From Heterodontus francisci (lineage: Eukaryota): a stretch of 64,000 bases of DNA. The notes under the pieces are model-generated. The model was given only the letters and a program-made list of their open reading frames with translations, had not been told where the DNA came from and did no database searches. Position numbers and translations under genes: made by a program. The DNA is taken from assembly GCF_036365525.1 (NCBI RefSeq), contig NC_090373.1:56201339-56265338 (forward strand), written 5' to 3'. Of the stretch, positions 1 through 10,310 are shown one piece after another (the first letter of the stretch is position 1; each line of letters starts with the position of its first letter).

Positions 1-230
1 CTCTGACTGACAGCAGGCTGTCCGTGGCTCAGCTTTGATTGGCGGCTCTCCTATTAAAGTGCACACTGGACGGAGACGGGACCTGCATCTGACGGATGGC
101 GGACGTGTGTCTGTGATTGGTCACTGCCTATGACTGACAGAGGGCTGCCTGGATGGGTTGAGCGCTGATTGGCAGTTCACGGAGCAGGTGCGCCGGGATT
201 GGCCACCCCCTCCTGTTTTCACGTGGTTCA
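1..230. promoter_or_regulatory. CpG-containing promoter-like cluster (4 CCAAT boxes, 2 TGACTGACAG decamers, E-box)
   Basis: ATTGG at 38, 116, 168, 198, each reading RCCAATC on the minus strand; TGACTGACAG at 4-13 and 131-140; CACGTG at 220-225; unusually many CpGs for this window. Confidence 0.5.
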
Positions 231-254
231 GGGTGTGAACAGGAATGGCTGCTG

Positions 255-918
255 TGGGGGAGAGGGAGAGAGAGGCCGAGGGGACAGGAGGCACACAGGC
301 AGAGATGCGGAGCGGAGGAAGCATAGTGAGAGTCAGGCAGCCCTTAAACCAGCACCGGCCCAGGGAGCAGAGTGGGGGGAGAGGGGGATGGACACATAGG
401 GGGAGTGGGAGAGGTGGATGGACACACAGAGACAGGAAAGGAGTACAGCTACAGAGACGGGAGACAGATGAACATGGGGATGGTTGAGGGGGCTGGACAC
501 AGGGGGACAGAGGATGGACACAGAGTGGGGAGAAGGAGATGGACACAGAGGGGCAAAGGGGGATGGACACACAGGGAGAGGATGGACACAGAGTAGGGAG
601 AAAGCACAGAGGGGCAGAAGAGGATGGACACAGAGTGGGGGAGAGAGGGTTGCACACAGAGGGAGGAGAGGGGGATGGACACACAGTGGGCAGAGGGGGG
701 ATGGACACAGGGGGAGAAGGGAATGGACACAGGGTGGAGGAAAGGAGGTTGGACACAGAGAGACAAGGGAGAGAGGGTAGAGGGGGATGGACACAGTGTG
801 GGGGGTTACAGGGGGATGGACATGGTGGGGGAGAGGAGGATGGACACGGGGGGGGGGCGGGGCTGGTACTCAGAGAGGGGAGAGGCGAGATGGACACAGA
901 GAGGGGGAGAGAGAGAAA
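255..918 (+). repeat. G/A-rich degenerate minisatellite, core GGATGGACACAG
   Basis: Roughly 20 imperfect copies of (G)GATGGACACA(G) separated by G/A runs; explains the low-complexity ORFs in all frames at 121-1000. Confidence 0.9.
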
Positions 919-1299
919 GGTCACGATTATTCCTGGCAGATCAACATCTATCCAAATTCTCCGCATTGCTATATTAAGAGTGCAGGCAGACATTGACTAG
1001 TTGTGCACGCACAAACAATGCCAGGTATCCCGCTAAATAGGGAGAAATGTGTTTTACATCGGACCGTGTTTTGATGGCATTAGGTTGGCTATACACCTTA
1101 CATACAAATTAACTGTCTCCATGTCCGTGGCTTAATCAATAATTTTGTCAAATGTCTATGCTCCAACATGTTAGTGCCTATCCCTGTACCGGCAGCAGTC
1201 CTGGACTTAATTTGGAAGATGTCAGGGTTCACCTTCCCACCACCATCCCACCCAATTATATGTTCTCCCCGCCTCCAAACCCGATGTGGGTGAGGGCAT

Positions 1300-1566
1300 A
1301 AACCCCCCTCCCCCTTTGTTTCTTTACTAGTCCTAGTACCACTCCCTTTGGCTTTGTACCTTGAAACATTTTGTCATTTAATCTGTCCTGCCCTCCACCC
1401 TATCACAGATTTTCCCTTTTGTTCTTCTTTCCCCCTCCCCCTGTCACTTTCTCAAAACCTGTTACATTTCTAACTTTTGACAGTTCTGATGAAAGACGTT
1501 AACTCTGTTTTACTCTCCACAGGTGCTGCCTGACCTGCTGAACATTTCCAACATTTTCTGTTTTTG
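1300..1566 (+). mobile_element. Penelope-like element 3' fragment, hammerhead region internally deleted
   Basis: CAGTTCTGATGAAAG-ACGTTAACTCTG...GCTGCCTGACCTGCTGA...TTTTCTGTTTT, same family as 21546-21680 and 17778-18322. Confidence 0.7.
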
Positions 1567-1699
1567 TGTGTGAATACTCCATTAGCCTTTTTAATTATTT
1601 TTGTACCCATTGACTAGCTTATAGATCCCTAAATCTCCCTCCTCTTTCACCTAGCTATTTAGAAAATACTCTGATCTATTTCTCTTGAGTCCAAAGTGG

Positions 1700-1830
1700 A
1701 TGACCTCACACTTTTCCACATGAACTCCATCTGCCAGTTTTGTCACTCAATCTATCAATGTCCCTTTGCAACTTTTTGCTTCCATCTACATAATTTACTG
1801 TACCACCTAACTTTGTGTCATCAGAAAATC
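1700..1830 (-). mobile_element. CR1 LINE RT fragment
   Basis: ORF 1706-1924 contains FSDDTKLGGTVN...KLQRDIDRLSD. Confidence 0.75.
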
Positions 1831-1859
1831 GGAAAATAATATCAAATGGGATACAAACA

Positions 1860-4368
1860 GTGTGAAGGGCACAGAGGGCACAAAATTCTTGAACTACATT
1901 CAAGAGAACTTTTTCAGCCAGCATGTAACAAGCCCAACGAGAGGTGGTGCAATTCTGGATATAGTCTTAGGAAATGAAGCTAGGCAAGTGGATGAAGTAG
2001 CAGTGGGTGACCATAATGCAGTTAGTTTCAGCATAATCACGGAAAAGGACAAATAAAGAACAGGAGTAAAAGTTCTAAATTAGGAGAAGGGAAATTTTAC
2101 GAAGTTAAGAGGTAATCTGGCGAAAGTGGACTGGATACAGCTACTTGAAGGAAAATCAGTGACAAACCAGCGGGAGGCATTCAAAAGTGAAATTCTACAG
2201 GCACTGTGTAGACATGTCCCCACAAAGATAGTGTTGTACTGCCAAATCTAGAGGCCCCCGGTTACCTAGAAGTATACAGGGTGGTAAGATAAAGCAGAAA
2301 AAGAAAGTTTATGACGGTCACAAAAAACTTAATACTTTAGAAAGCCTAGAGGACTATAGAAAGTGCAGGGGGGTTCAAAAATGAAATTAGGAAAGCAAAG
2401 AGAGGACATGAAAAATTATTGTTAGGTAAAAATCAAGGAAAACCCAAAGATGTGTTTTATCAGTACATTAAGAGCAAGAGGATAACTAAGGAAAGGGTAG
2501 GGCCTATCAGAGATGTACAAGGGAACTTACGCGTGGATGCAGAAGATGTGGGAGGGTTCTTAATGAGTACTTTGTCCTTGTCTTCACAAAGGAGAGGGTT
2601 GATGCAGATATTGTAGTAAAAGAGGAGTGTGAAATATTAGATATGATAAGCATAATGAGAGAGGAAGTACCAGAGGGTCTGACATCCCTGAAAGTGGATA
2701 AATCACCAGGGCTGGATGGATTGTATCCCAGGTTGTTAAAGGAAAGCCAGGGAGAAAATGCCAAATGCTCTGAGGATCATCTTCAAATCCTCACATGATA
2801 CAGGCGAGCTACCAGAGGATTGGAGGTTTGTAAACGTTGTACCCTTGTTTAAAAAGGATAGGCTAAATAATTATAGGCCGTCTGTCTGACCTTGGTGGTA
2901 GGCAAATTATTAGAATCAATTCTGAGAGATAGGATAAACTGCCACATAGAAAGGCATGGATTAATCAGGGATAGTCAGCGTGGATTTGTTAAGGGAAGGT
3001 CATGTCTTACTAACTTAATTGAATTTTTTGAGGAAGTAACAAGGAGTATTGATGAGGATAGTGCAGTTGATGTGGTCTACATGGATTTTAGTAAGGCATT
3101 TGACAAGGTCCCACATGGAAGGTGGGTGAGAAAAATATAAGCCCATGGGATACAGGGGAATGTGGCAAGTTGGATCCAAAATTGGCTCAGTGACAGGAAA
3201 TGAAGGGTAATGGTCGACGGATGTTTTTGCAAATGGAAGGCAGCTTCCAGTGGCGTTCGACAGGGCTCAGTATTGGGTCCCTTGCTGTTTGTAGTATATA
3301 TTGACTCTTAAATGCACTCTGAAATAGCCTAACAAGCCACTCCGTTCAAGGGCAATTAGGGATGGGCAATAAATGCTGGCCTAGCCAGCGATGCCCACAT
3401 CACATGAACGAATTAAAAAAATGAATGATTTGGACTTAATTGTGGGAGGCATGATGCAAAAATTGGCCATGTAGTTGATAGTGAAAAGGATAGCTGTAGA
3501 CTCCAGAATGATATCAATGGTTTGGTTGAGTGGGCGGAAAAGTGGCAAATGGAATTCAATCCAGAGAAGCGTGAGGTAATACATTTGGGGAGAGCAAACA
3601 AAACGAGGGAATACACAATAAATGAGAGGACATTGAGAGGGGTAGAAGAAGTGAGAGACCTTGGAGTGCATGTCCACAGTTCCCTGAAGGTGGCAGAGCA
3701 TCAAGATAAAGTGGTGAAGAAGGCAGATGGAATGCTTTCCTTTATTGGCCAATGTATAGAATACAAAAGCAGGGATGTAATGCTGTAACTATATAAAATA
3801 CTAGTTAGGTCACAGTTGGAGTATTGCATACAGTTCTGGTCACCACATTACAGGAAGGACATAATTGCTCTGGAGAGAGTACAGAGGAGATTTACAAGAA
3901 TGTTGCCAGGACTTGAAAGTTGCAGCTACAAGGAAAGATTGGATAGGCTAGGGTTGTTTTCCTTAGAACAGAGGAGGCTGAGAGGTGACTTAATTGAGGT
4001 ATACAAAATTATGAGTGGCCGAAATAGAGAGGACAGGACGGACCTGTTTTGCCTAGCAGAGAGATCAATTACAGGGGGCACAGATTTAAGGTGGTTGGTA
4101 GCAGGATTAGCGGGGACATGAGCAAAAACTTCTTCACCCAGAGGGTGGTAGGTGTCTGGAATTCACTGCCCAGATCAGTGGTGGAGGCAGAAACCGTCAA
4201 CTCATTTAAAAGGTACCTGGACCTGCACCTGAAGTGCTGTAACCTGCAAGGCAATGAACCAGGTGCCGGAAGGTGGGATTAGATTGGGCAGCTAGTTTTT
4301 TCAGCCGGCGCAGACACGATGGGCAGAATGGCCTCTTTCTGTGCCGTAAGTTTTCTTTGATTCTATGG
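1860..4368 (+). mobile_element. Decayed CR1 LINE (end of endonuclease, RT, 3' UTR)
   Basis: PTRGGAILDIVL, GRSCLTNLIEFFEEVT, VDVVYMDFSKAFDKVPH, WAEKWQMEFNPEK, LERVQRRFTRMLPGL; frameshifts and stops; ends in TTCTATG-type tail. Confidence 0.92.
3302..3421 (+). mobile_element. 5'-truncated bipartite SINE inserted into the CR1
   Basis: Interrupts the CR1 'YIND' codons; TGAAATAGCCTA...CAAGGGCAATTAGGGATGGGCAATAAATGCTGGCC...A6 matches 12735-13020. Confidence 0.75.
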
Positions 4369-4374
4369 CTTCTC

Positions 4375-5450
4375 CTCCTGCTCCCGCACCATTACCACTG
4401 ATGCCACCCAGGTATCTATCCTTGGCTCTCTCTTATTACTCGTTTACATGCTGTTCCTCAGCAACATTATACAAAAACACAGCTTCAGTTTCCACATGTA
4501 CTGTGATGACACTGAGGTCTATCAAGCCACGATTTCTCTAAACTCCTCCGCTGTCTCTATTTTGTCAGACTGCTTGTCCAGCATCCAATTCTGGATGAAC
4601 AGAAATTTTTTCCAATTAAATACTGGGAAGACCAAAGCCAATGTCTTCAGTTCCTGCTACAAACTCCGTTCCCTAGCCACTGACTCCACCCTCTCTCTGG
4701 CAACTGTCTGAGGCGGAACCAGATTGTTCGCAACCTTGGTGTCATATTTGACTCCCGAGATGAGCTTCAAACCACATAGCCGTGCCTATTTCCACCTCCA
4801 TAACATCGCCTGACTCCACCCCTGCCTCACCTCATCTGCTGCTGAAGACTTCATCGATGTCTTTGTTACCTCTAGACTAGATTATTCCAACACAGTGCTG
4901 GCTGGCCTCCCACATTCCACCTTCCATACCCTTGATGTGATCCAAAATTCTGCTGCTCGTATCCTAGCTTGCACCATGACCTGTTCACCCATCACCCCTG
5001 TGCTCACTAACAAGATTGGCTCACGGTTAAGCAAAGCCTCGATTTTAAAATTCTCATCCTTGTTTTCAAATACTCCATGGCCTTGCCTCTCCCTACCTCT
5101 GTAATCTCTACCAGCCCCACAACCTTCCGAGATATCCGTGGTTCTCTAATTCTGGCCCCTTGATTATTCCCGAGAGTAACCGTTATACCATTGATGGCCA
5201 TGTCTTCAGCTACCAAGGCCCTATATTCTGGAATTCCCTCCCTGCACCTCTCCGGTTCGTTAACTCTCTTTCCACCTTTAAGTCACTCCTTAAAACCTAC
5301 TTCTTTGATCAAGCTTTTGGTCATCTGCCCTATTATCTCTGTATGTGACTCAATATCAAATTTTGCTTTATAACATTACTGTTAAGTATCTTGGGACAAT
5401 TATTACATTACAGGCATCATATATCTACAAGTTGTATTTGTTGCTGTTGA
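4375..5450 (+). mobile_element. Decayed L2-clade LINE 3' part
   Basis: FHMYCDDTEVY, LSDCLSSIQFWM, QLNTGKTK, IQNSAARIL, WNSLPAPLR...FKSLLKTYFFDQAF; TGT-rich tail. Confidence 0.85.
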
Positions 5451-5524
5451 AAGTTATAAATTCATCAGTTTTCATGATGGAGCTACATTGTTATACATTG
5501 GGAATTGCTGAAAATAGAGACATG

Positions 5525-5560
5525 TTGTCGAAGCTTTTCGTCTTGCGCTCATCAGGACAA
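5525..5560 (-). ncRNA. Minimal type I hammerhead ribozyme motif (left arm)
   Basis: Minus strand reads TTGTC CTGATGA GCGCAAGAC GAA AAGCTT C GACAA: intact core, stem I TTGTC/GACAA, weak stem II. Confidence 0.65.
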
Positions 5561-5877
5561 TACGCAAGAATAACCAATGTAAGGGAAAGCAACAACTTAT
5601 ACTGCATGATAAAAGAATGCTGACTGGTTGGCAGTTAACTCTGATTGATAGAGGCACTGCCATGGAGAATGCACCAGTGTACGGTGACTGACAGATAAAC
5701 CAGTCAGCTTGACTCTGATTGGTCAAGGCATTGCCCTGAGGAATGAACCAGCGAATGGCTGTCAATTATTTTGTTCAGCTGAAACAGGCGCAATGTGTGT
5801 ACATGTTCTTTCTGTCTGCACTCTCTTCTCATGGAGTATAAGTTGTCGTTTTCCCTTACATTGGTTATTCTTGCGTA

Positions 5878-5913
5878 TTGTCCTGATGAGTGCAAGACGA
5901 AAAGCTTCGACAA
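5878..5913 (+). ncRNA. Minimal type I hammerhead ribozyme motif (right arm)
   Basis: TTGTC CTGATGA GT-GCAAG-AC GAA AAGCTT C GACAA: CUGAUGA/GAAA core, 5-bp stem I, 2-bp stem II, palindromic stem III AAGCTT, predicted cleavage after C5908. Confidence 0.75.
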
Positions 5914-6068
5914 AATGTCTCTATTTTCAGCAATTCTCAAGTTCTGTACTACCAAACGACTATTTGTTATACATTATTCTTCACTGGACACCATTGAAAG
6001 TTACACACCAATGGACCATCACTGCATATCTATGAAAGTTACATGTCACAAGTCCATTTATGCACACC

Positions 6069-6855
6069 GGGCAGAATTTAGTGAAGCTGGTGGAGCTCCC
6101 AGCATCAGGCCAAAAAGGCAGTGGGAGTCCCACCTCAGCCATTCGGAGACCCCCCCCCACCACCCCACCACCGGCTCTATTTAATGGCACAAGGGCAATT
6201 AACAGCCCAGCACCGAGATCTCTGTCCCTTTAAAGATGGGGATCCTGCCTCCAAGAGCTGCCGGCCAATCAAAGGGCTGGCAGCTAAGTAGTATCAGCAG
6301 CGCCATTGTAAGCGGTGGGCACTGCCTGTACTGCAGGAGGCCTGGGAACTAGACCCTGTGCTGGAGACCCGGACCTCAGGTCAAGTGAGGTGGGGTCACC
6401 AGAACTAGTCCGGTAAGCCCCAGCAATGGAGGGAGGGACAGTGGGCGTTGAGTGCAAGGGGAGGGGTGTTCAGGCAGGTGGGTTGTATTCCATCATGGGT
6501 CCTTCATGGGCCACACATTGTCCACAGAGGAGGGCCCCCCCTAAACCCCCACCCTGCAGGGATGCCACCTCATTTTACTGCACAACCTCCCGACATGGCA
6601 GAAGCCTGCCCCTCCCGCCGCTGACTAAATTTCAGCGGCAGTAGGAAGAGGCCCTTAAATGGCTGATAATAGGCCTCTTAAGGGCCTCAATTGGCCTCTG
6701 GGCGGGTAGACTATCATCGGCCTATCCCGCCCCGACTAAATTGTGGTATGAAGGAAGACGACGGGCCCTCTACCTCCCCCCCCAACCTCCCGCTGCAATT
6801 CTGTGGGCCCGCCCACTTCCGAGTGCATCTCCAGGGTCTCATGAAATCCAGCCCC
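6069..6855. mobile_element. Non-autonomous DNA transposon (MITE, PIF/Harbinger-like TIRs)
   Basis: Ends GGGCAGAATTT ... AAATCCAGCCC; internal blocks match 16584-17141 in inverted orientation. Confidence 0.7.
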
Positions 6856-6926
6856 AAGGAAAGCTACAGACCAACAGACCATTCGCTAATGACTACTCAC
6901 TGGATACTTCTAAAGGTTATACCTAC

Positions 6927-7128
6927 CGATCCACGATTACTGGAGACTTTTCAGATTCACTCGCTATGATGGAGGCAGTAATGTAATTGCCCAAAGCATA
7001 AAAAGCCCGTCGAATGAGAGGTGGCTTTACATCAAACGTTTTTCTCAAGTGGCCAATGCAGTCTGGTGGAGACTTCAGAAGTGTTGCTTGAATAGAGTCT
7101 CTTAAAGCCTCAGTCAATGTACTTTTTC
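6927..7128 (-). CDS. CMPK2: CMPK2 (UMP-CMP kinase 2) exon 3, 202 nt
   Basis: ctatag|GA AAA AGT...GAT CG|gtaggt; (G)KSTLTEALRDSIQATLLKSPPDCIGHLRKTFDVKPPLIRRAFYALGNYITASIIASESEKSPVIVDR completes the P-loop EGLDATGKS and the DR motif. Confidence 0.95.
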
Positions 7129-7379
7129 CTATAGATCAATAACGGGGTTAAAGGTTATGCCCATAACACACATACAGCAGTTCTATTTAATTGCCTGTTA
7201 TTCACTTAAAAGGCACATACTACATATAACCAGAGACTTTCACAGCATTAAGCAAGGAAAATATATGGGTTTTAAAATTCTACGTGGTCAACGACCTAAC
7301 AGCCAAGTAGATAGATGGATTATCTTGCTGAACCATATAAGACAGAAGGTCCCAGGTAAGATTGTCACTCTGTGTTGAT

Positions 7380-7915
7380 TTAGTTGGCAGGACCGTATCT
7401 TCAATGCAGAAGTCCTTGAGGCGGCCAACATCCCCAGCATATATACCCTACTGAGCCAGCGGTGCTTGAGATGGCTTGGCCATGTGAGCCGCATGGAAGA
7501 TGGCAGGATCCCCAAGGACGCATTGTACAGCGAGCTCGTCACTGGTATCAGACCCATCGGCCATCCATGTCTCCGCTTTAAAAACGTCTGCAAACGCGAC
7601 ATGAAGTCCTGTGACATTGATCGCAAGTCATGGGAGTCAGTTGCCAGCGATCGCCAGAGCTGGCGGACAGCCATAAAGGCGGGACTAAAGAGTGGCGAGT
7701 CAAAGAGACTTAGCAGTTGGCAGGAAAAAAGACAGAAGCGCAAGGGGAGAGCCAACTGTGTAACAGCCCCGACAAACAAATTTCTCTGCAGCACCTGTGG
7801 AAGAGCCTGTCACTCTAGAATTGGCCTTTATAGCCACTCCAGGCGCTGCTTCACAAACCACTGACCACCTCCAGGCGCTTACCCCTTGTCTCTTGAGACA
7901 AGGAGGCCAAAGAGA
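7380..7915 (+). mobile_element. RTE-clade LINE 3' fragment
   Basis: LRWLGHVSRMEDGRIPKDALYSEL...CSTCGRACHSRIGLYSH (C2H2-like end); same family as 54296-56707. Confidence 0.9.
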
Positions 7916-8254
7916 GGGTTAGAAGACATTACAACTGCCTAAAGAAAAAGAACAGCCAGGGTTTCCACTCTGCTTCCTAAGAAACAATCCCAAATGGTGC
8001 AGGTATGTATTTGTTGGGTGAGGAGCAACTGACAGACAGCTGTGATGCCTTTTATCATTGAATAGCCTGCCAAAACTCACTATCTTGGATTGTATGCACA
8101 TAGCGACACCTGTGCGAGGTGCCCTGACATGATTCAGTATCGGTCGGAGAGGAGGGGAAAACTGTTCTACCCCTCACCCGCGCAAGTATATTCTGAGGAA
8201 CTGAATGCTGTCAATGAAATGAGTAAAATCTCAGTTGAAAGGTTTTCAGGATTT

Positions 8255-9850
8255 TTTTTAGTCATTCGGGGCATATGGGTGTCATTGGCTAGGCCATTTA
8301 TTGCTCTTGAGAAGGTGGTGGTGAATTGCCTTCTTGAACCGCTGCAGTCCTTGGGGTGTAGGTATACCCACATTGCTGTTAGGAAGCGAGTTCCAGGATC
8401 TTGACCCAGCAACAGTGAAGGAACAGCGATATAGTTCCAAATCAGGATGGTGTGTGGCTGGGAGGAGAACTTGCAGGTGGTGGTGTTCCCATGCATCTGC
8501 TGCCCTTGTCTTTCTAGGTGGTAGAGGTCATGGGTTTGGAAGGTGCCGTTGAAGCAGCCTTGGTGAGTAGCTGCAGTACATCATGTAGGTGGTACACACT
8601 GCTGCCACTGTGGGTCGATGGTGGAGGGATTGAATCTTGAAGGTGGTGGATGGGGTGCCGATCAAGTGGGCTGCTTTGTTCTGGATGGTGTTGAGCTTCT
8701 TGAGTGTTGTTAGAGCTGCACACATCCAGGCAAGTGGAGAGTATTCCATCACACTCCTGACTTGTGCCTTGTAGATGGTGGACAGGCTTTGGGGAGTCAG
8801 GAGGTGAGCTACTCGCCACAGAATTTCCAGCCTCTGACCTGCTCTTGTAGCCACAGTACTTATGAGGCTGGACCAGTTCAGGTTCTGGACAATGGTAACC
8901 CCCAGGATGTTGATAGTGGGGGATTAGCGATGGTAATGCCATTGAAGATCAAGGGGAGATGGTCAGATTTTCTCTCGTTTGAGATGGTCATTGCCTGGCA
9001 CTTGTGTGGCACAAATGTTACTTGCCACTTATCAGCCCAAGCCTGGATGTTGTCTAGGTCTTGCTGCATAGTGACATGTGCTGCTTCAGTATCTGAGGAG
9101 TCGGGAATCATGCTGAACATTGTGCAATCATCAGCGAACAGACCCACCTGGAGTGAAGTCATTGATAAAGTATCTGTAGATAGTTGGGCCTAGGACACTA
9201 CCCTGAGGAACTCCTGCAGTGATGTCCTGAGAGTGAGATGATTGACCTCCAACAACCACAACCATCTTCCTTTGTGCTAAATATGATTCCAACCAACTGA
9301 GAGTTTTCCCCTTGGTTCCCATTGACTCCAGTTTTGCTAGAGCACCTTGATGCCATACTCGGTCAAATGCTGCCTTGATGTCAAGGGCAGTCGCTCTCAC
9401 CTCACCTCTGGAGTTCAGCTCTTTTGCCCATGTTTGGGCCAAGGCTGTAATGAGGTCAGGAGCTGAGTGGCCCTGGCGGAACCGAAACTGAGCGTCACTG
9501 AGCACGTTATTGCTGACCAAGTACCGCTTGATAACACTGTCGACAACACATTCCTGATGATCGTGAGTAGGGCGGTAACTGGCCAGGTTGAATTTGTCCT
9601 GCTTTTTGTGCACAGGACATACCTGGGCAATTTTCCACATTGCCTGGTGGCTAGTTCTGGAGCACAAGCCTTCAGTACTATTGCCGGTATGTTGTCAGGG
9701 CCCATAGCCTTTGCAGTATCCAACGCCTTCAGCCGTTTCTTGATATCACATGGAGTGAATTGGATTGGCTGAAGACTGGCATCTGTGATGCTGGGGACCT
9801 CAGGAGGAGGCTGAGATGGATCATCCACTCAGTACTTCTGGTCAAAGATG
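8255..9850 (-). mobile_element. Decayed CR1/L2-group LINE (family with CAAGGGCAATTAGGGATGGG tail)
   Basis: DIKAAFDRVWHQG, AGVPQGSVLGP, LFADDCT, WADKWQVTF, YKAQVRSVMEYS. Confidence 0.9.
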
Positions 9851-10195
9851 GATCTACCTGAACAAATAGTGTTACGATTTAATTCACTTATTTGTTATTC
9901 TTAAAGTAGTTGTTGAAACCTATTTCGTTGATTTAATCACTCCTAACACTGTTAGGGCAGCCAATATGAGTCTGATGATATCTGACACTTAAACTTTAGA
10001 AGAGTTTAGTTACACTACATTAATGGAACTAGCTCCTTCAATGGTAGACTGCCCTGTTTTGCATGCTGGGAATAGTATAGGAATTTTATACAGTACTAAT
10101 TTACACAGACGGTTGAACTGAACTCACAGCAGACTTTGTGAAGAATGGTATGTATTCCAGTTGTGTAAATTATAAAACAGCCTGCTGTTTCTTAC

Positions 10196-10310
10196 CTGTT
10201 GCATCAAGTCCTTCTATCACAATTACTGGAAGTGGGCCCTTTCTGGAAGTCCTGTCGCATTGATTTGCTATTTGCAGAACATCCTTGACTTTGGGAATCA
10301 TACCTACACA
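10196..10310 (-). CDS. CMPK2: CMPK2 exon 2, 115 nt
   Basis: catcaaag|TGT...ACA G|gtaaga; CVGMIPKVKDVLQIANQCDRTSRKGPLPVIVIEGLDAT(G); phases fit exons 1 and 3. Confidence 0.95.

Larger units (their letters stand above)
5500..5963. mobile_element. Palindromic Penelope-type insertion (inverted terminal arms plus tail), 12-bp TSD
   Basis: ~120-bp inverted arms at ~5500-5623 and ~5815-5940; TTGTTATACATT duplicated at 5488-5499 and 5964-5975; each arm carries a hammerhead core. Confidence 0.8.

Noticed and set aside
255-918. CRISPR-like repeat-spacer appearance
   Set aside because: Core is only ~10-12 nt, spacers are low-complexity and related, no cas genes, and the context is a spliced vertebrate locus
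121-1000. Long Pro/Cys/Ser-rich and Gly/Arg-rich ORFs (up to 290 aa)
   Set aside because: Open in many frames on both strands because of the low-complexity minisatellite; no domain signature
919-6926. CMPK2 exons 4-5
   Set aside because: Searched by eye for YWHST, QWP.DL.KPD and VDASP coding on the minus strand; not found, and the region is almost all repeats
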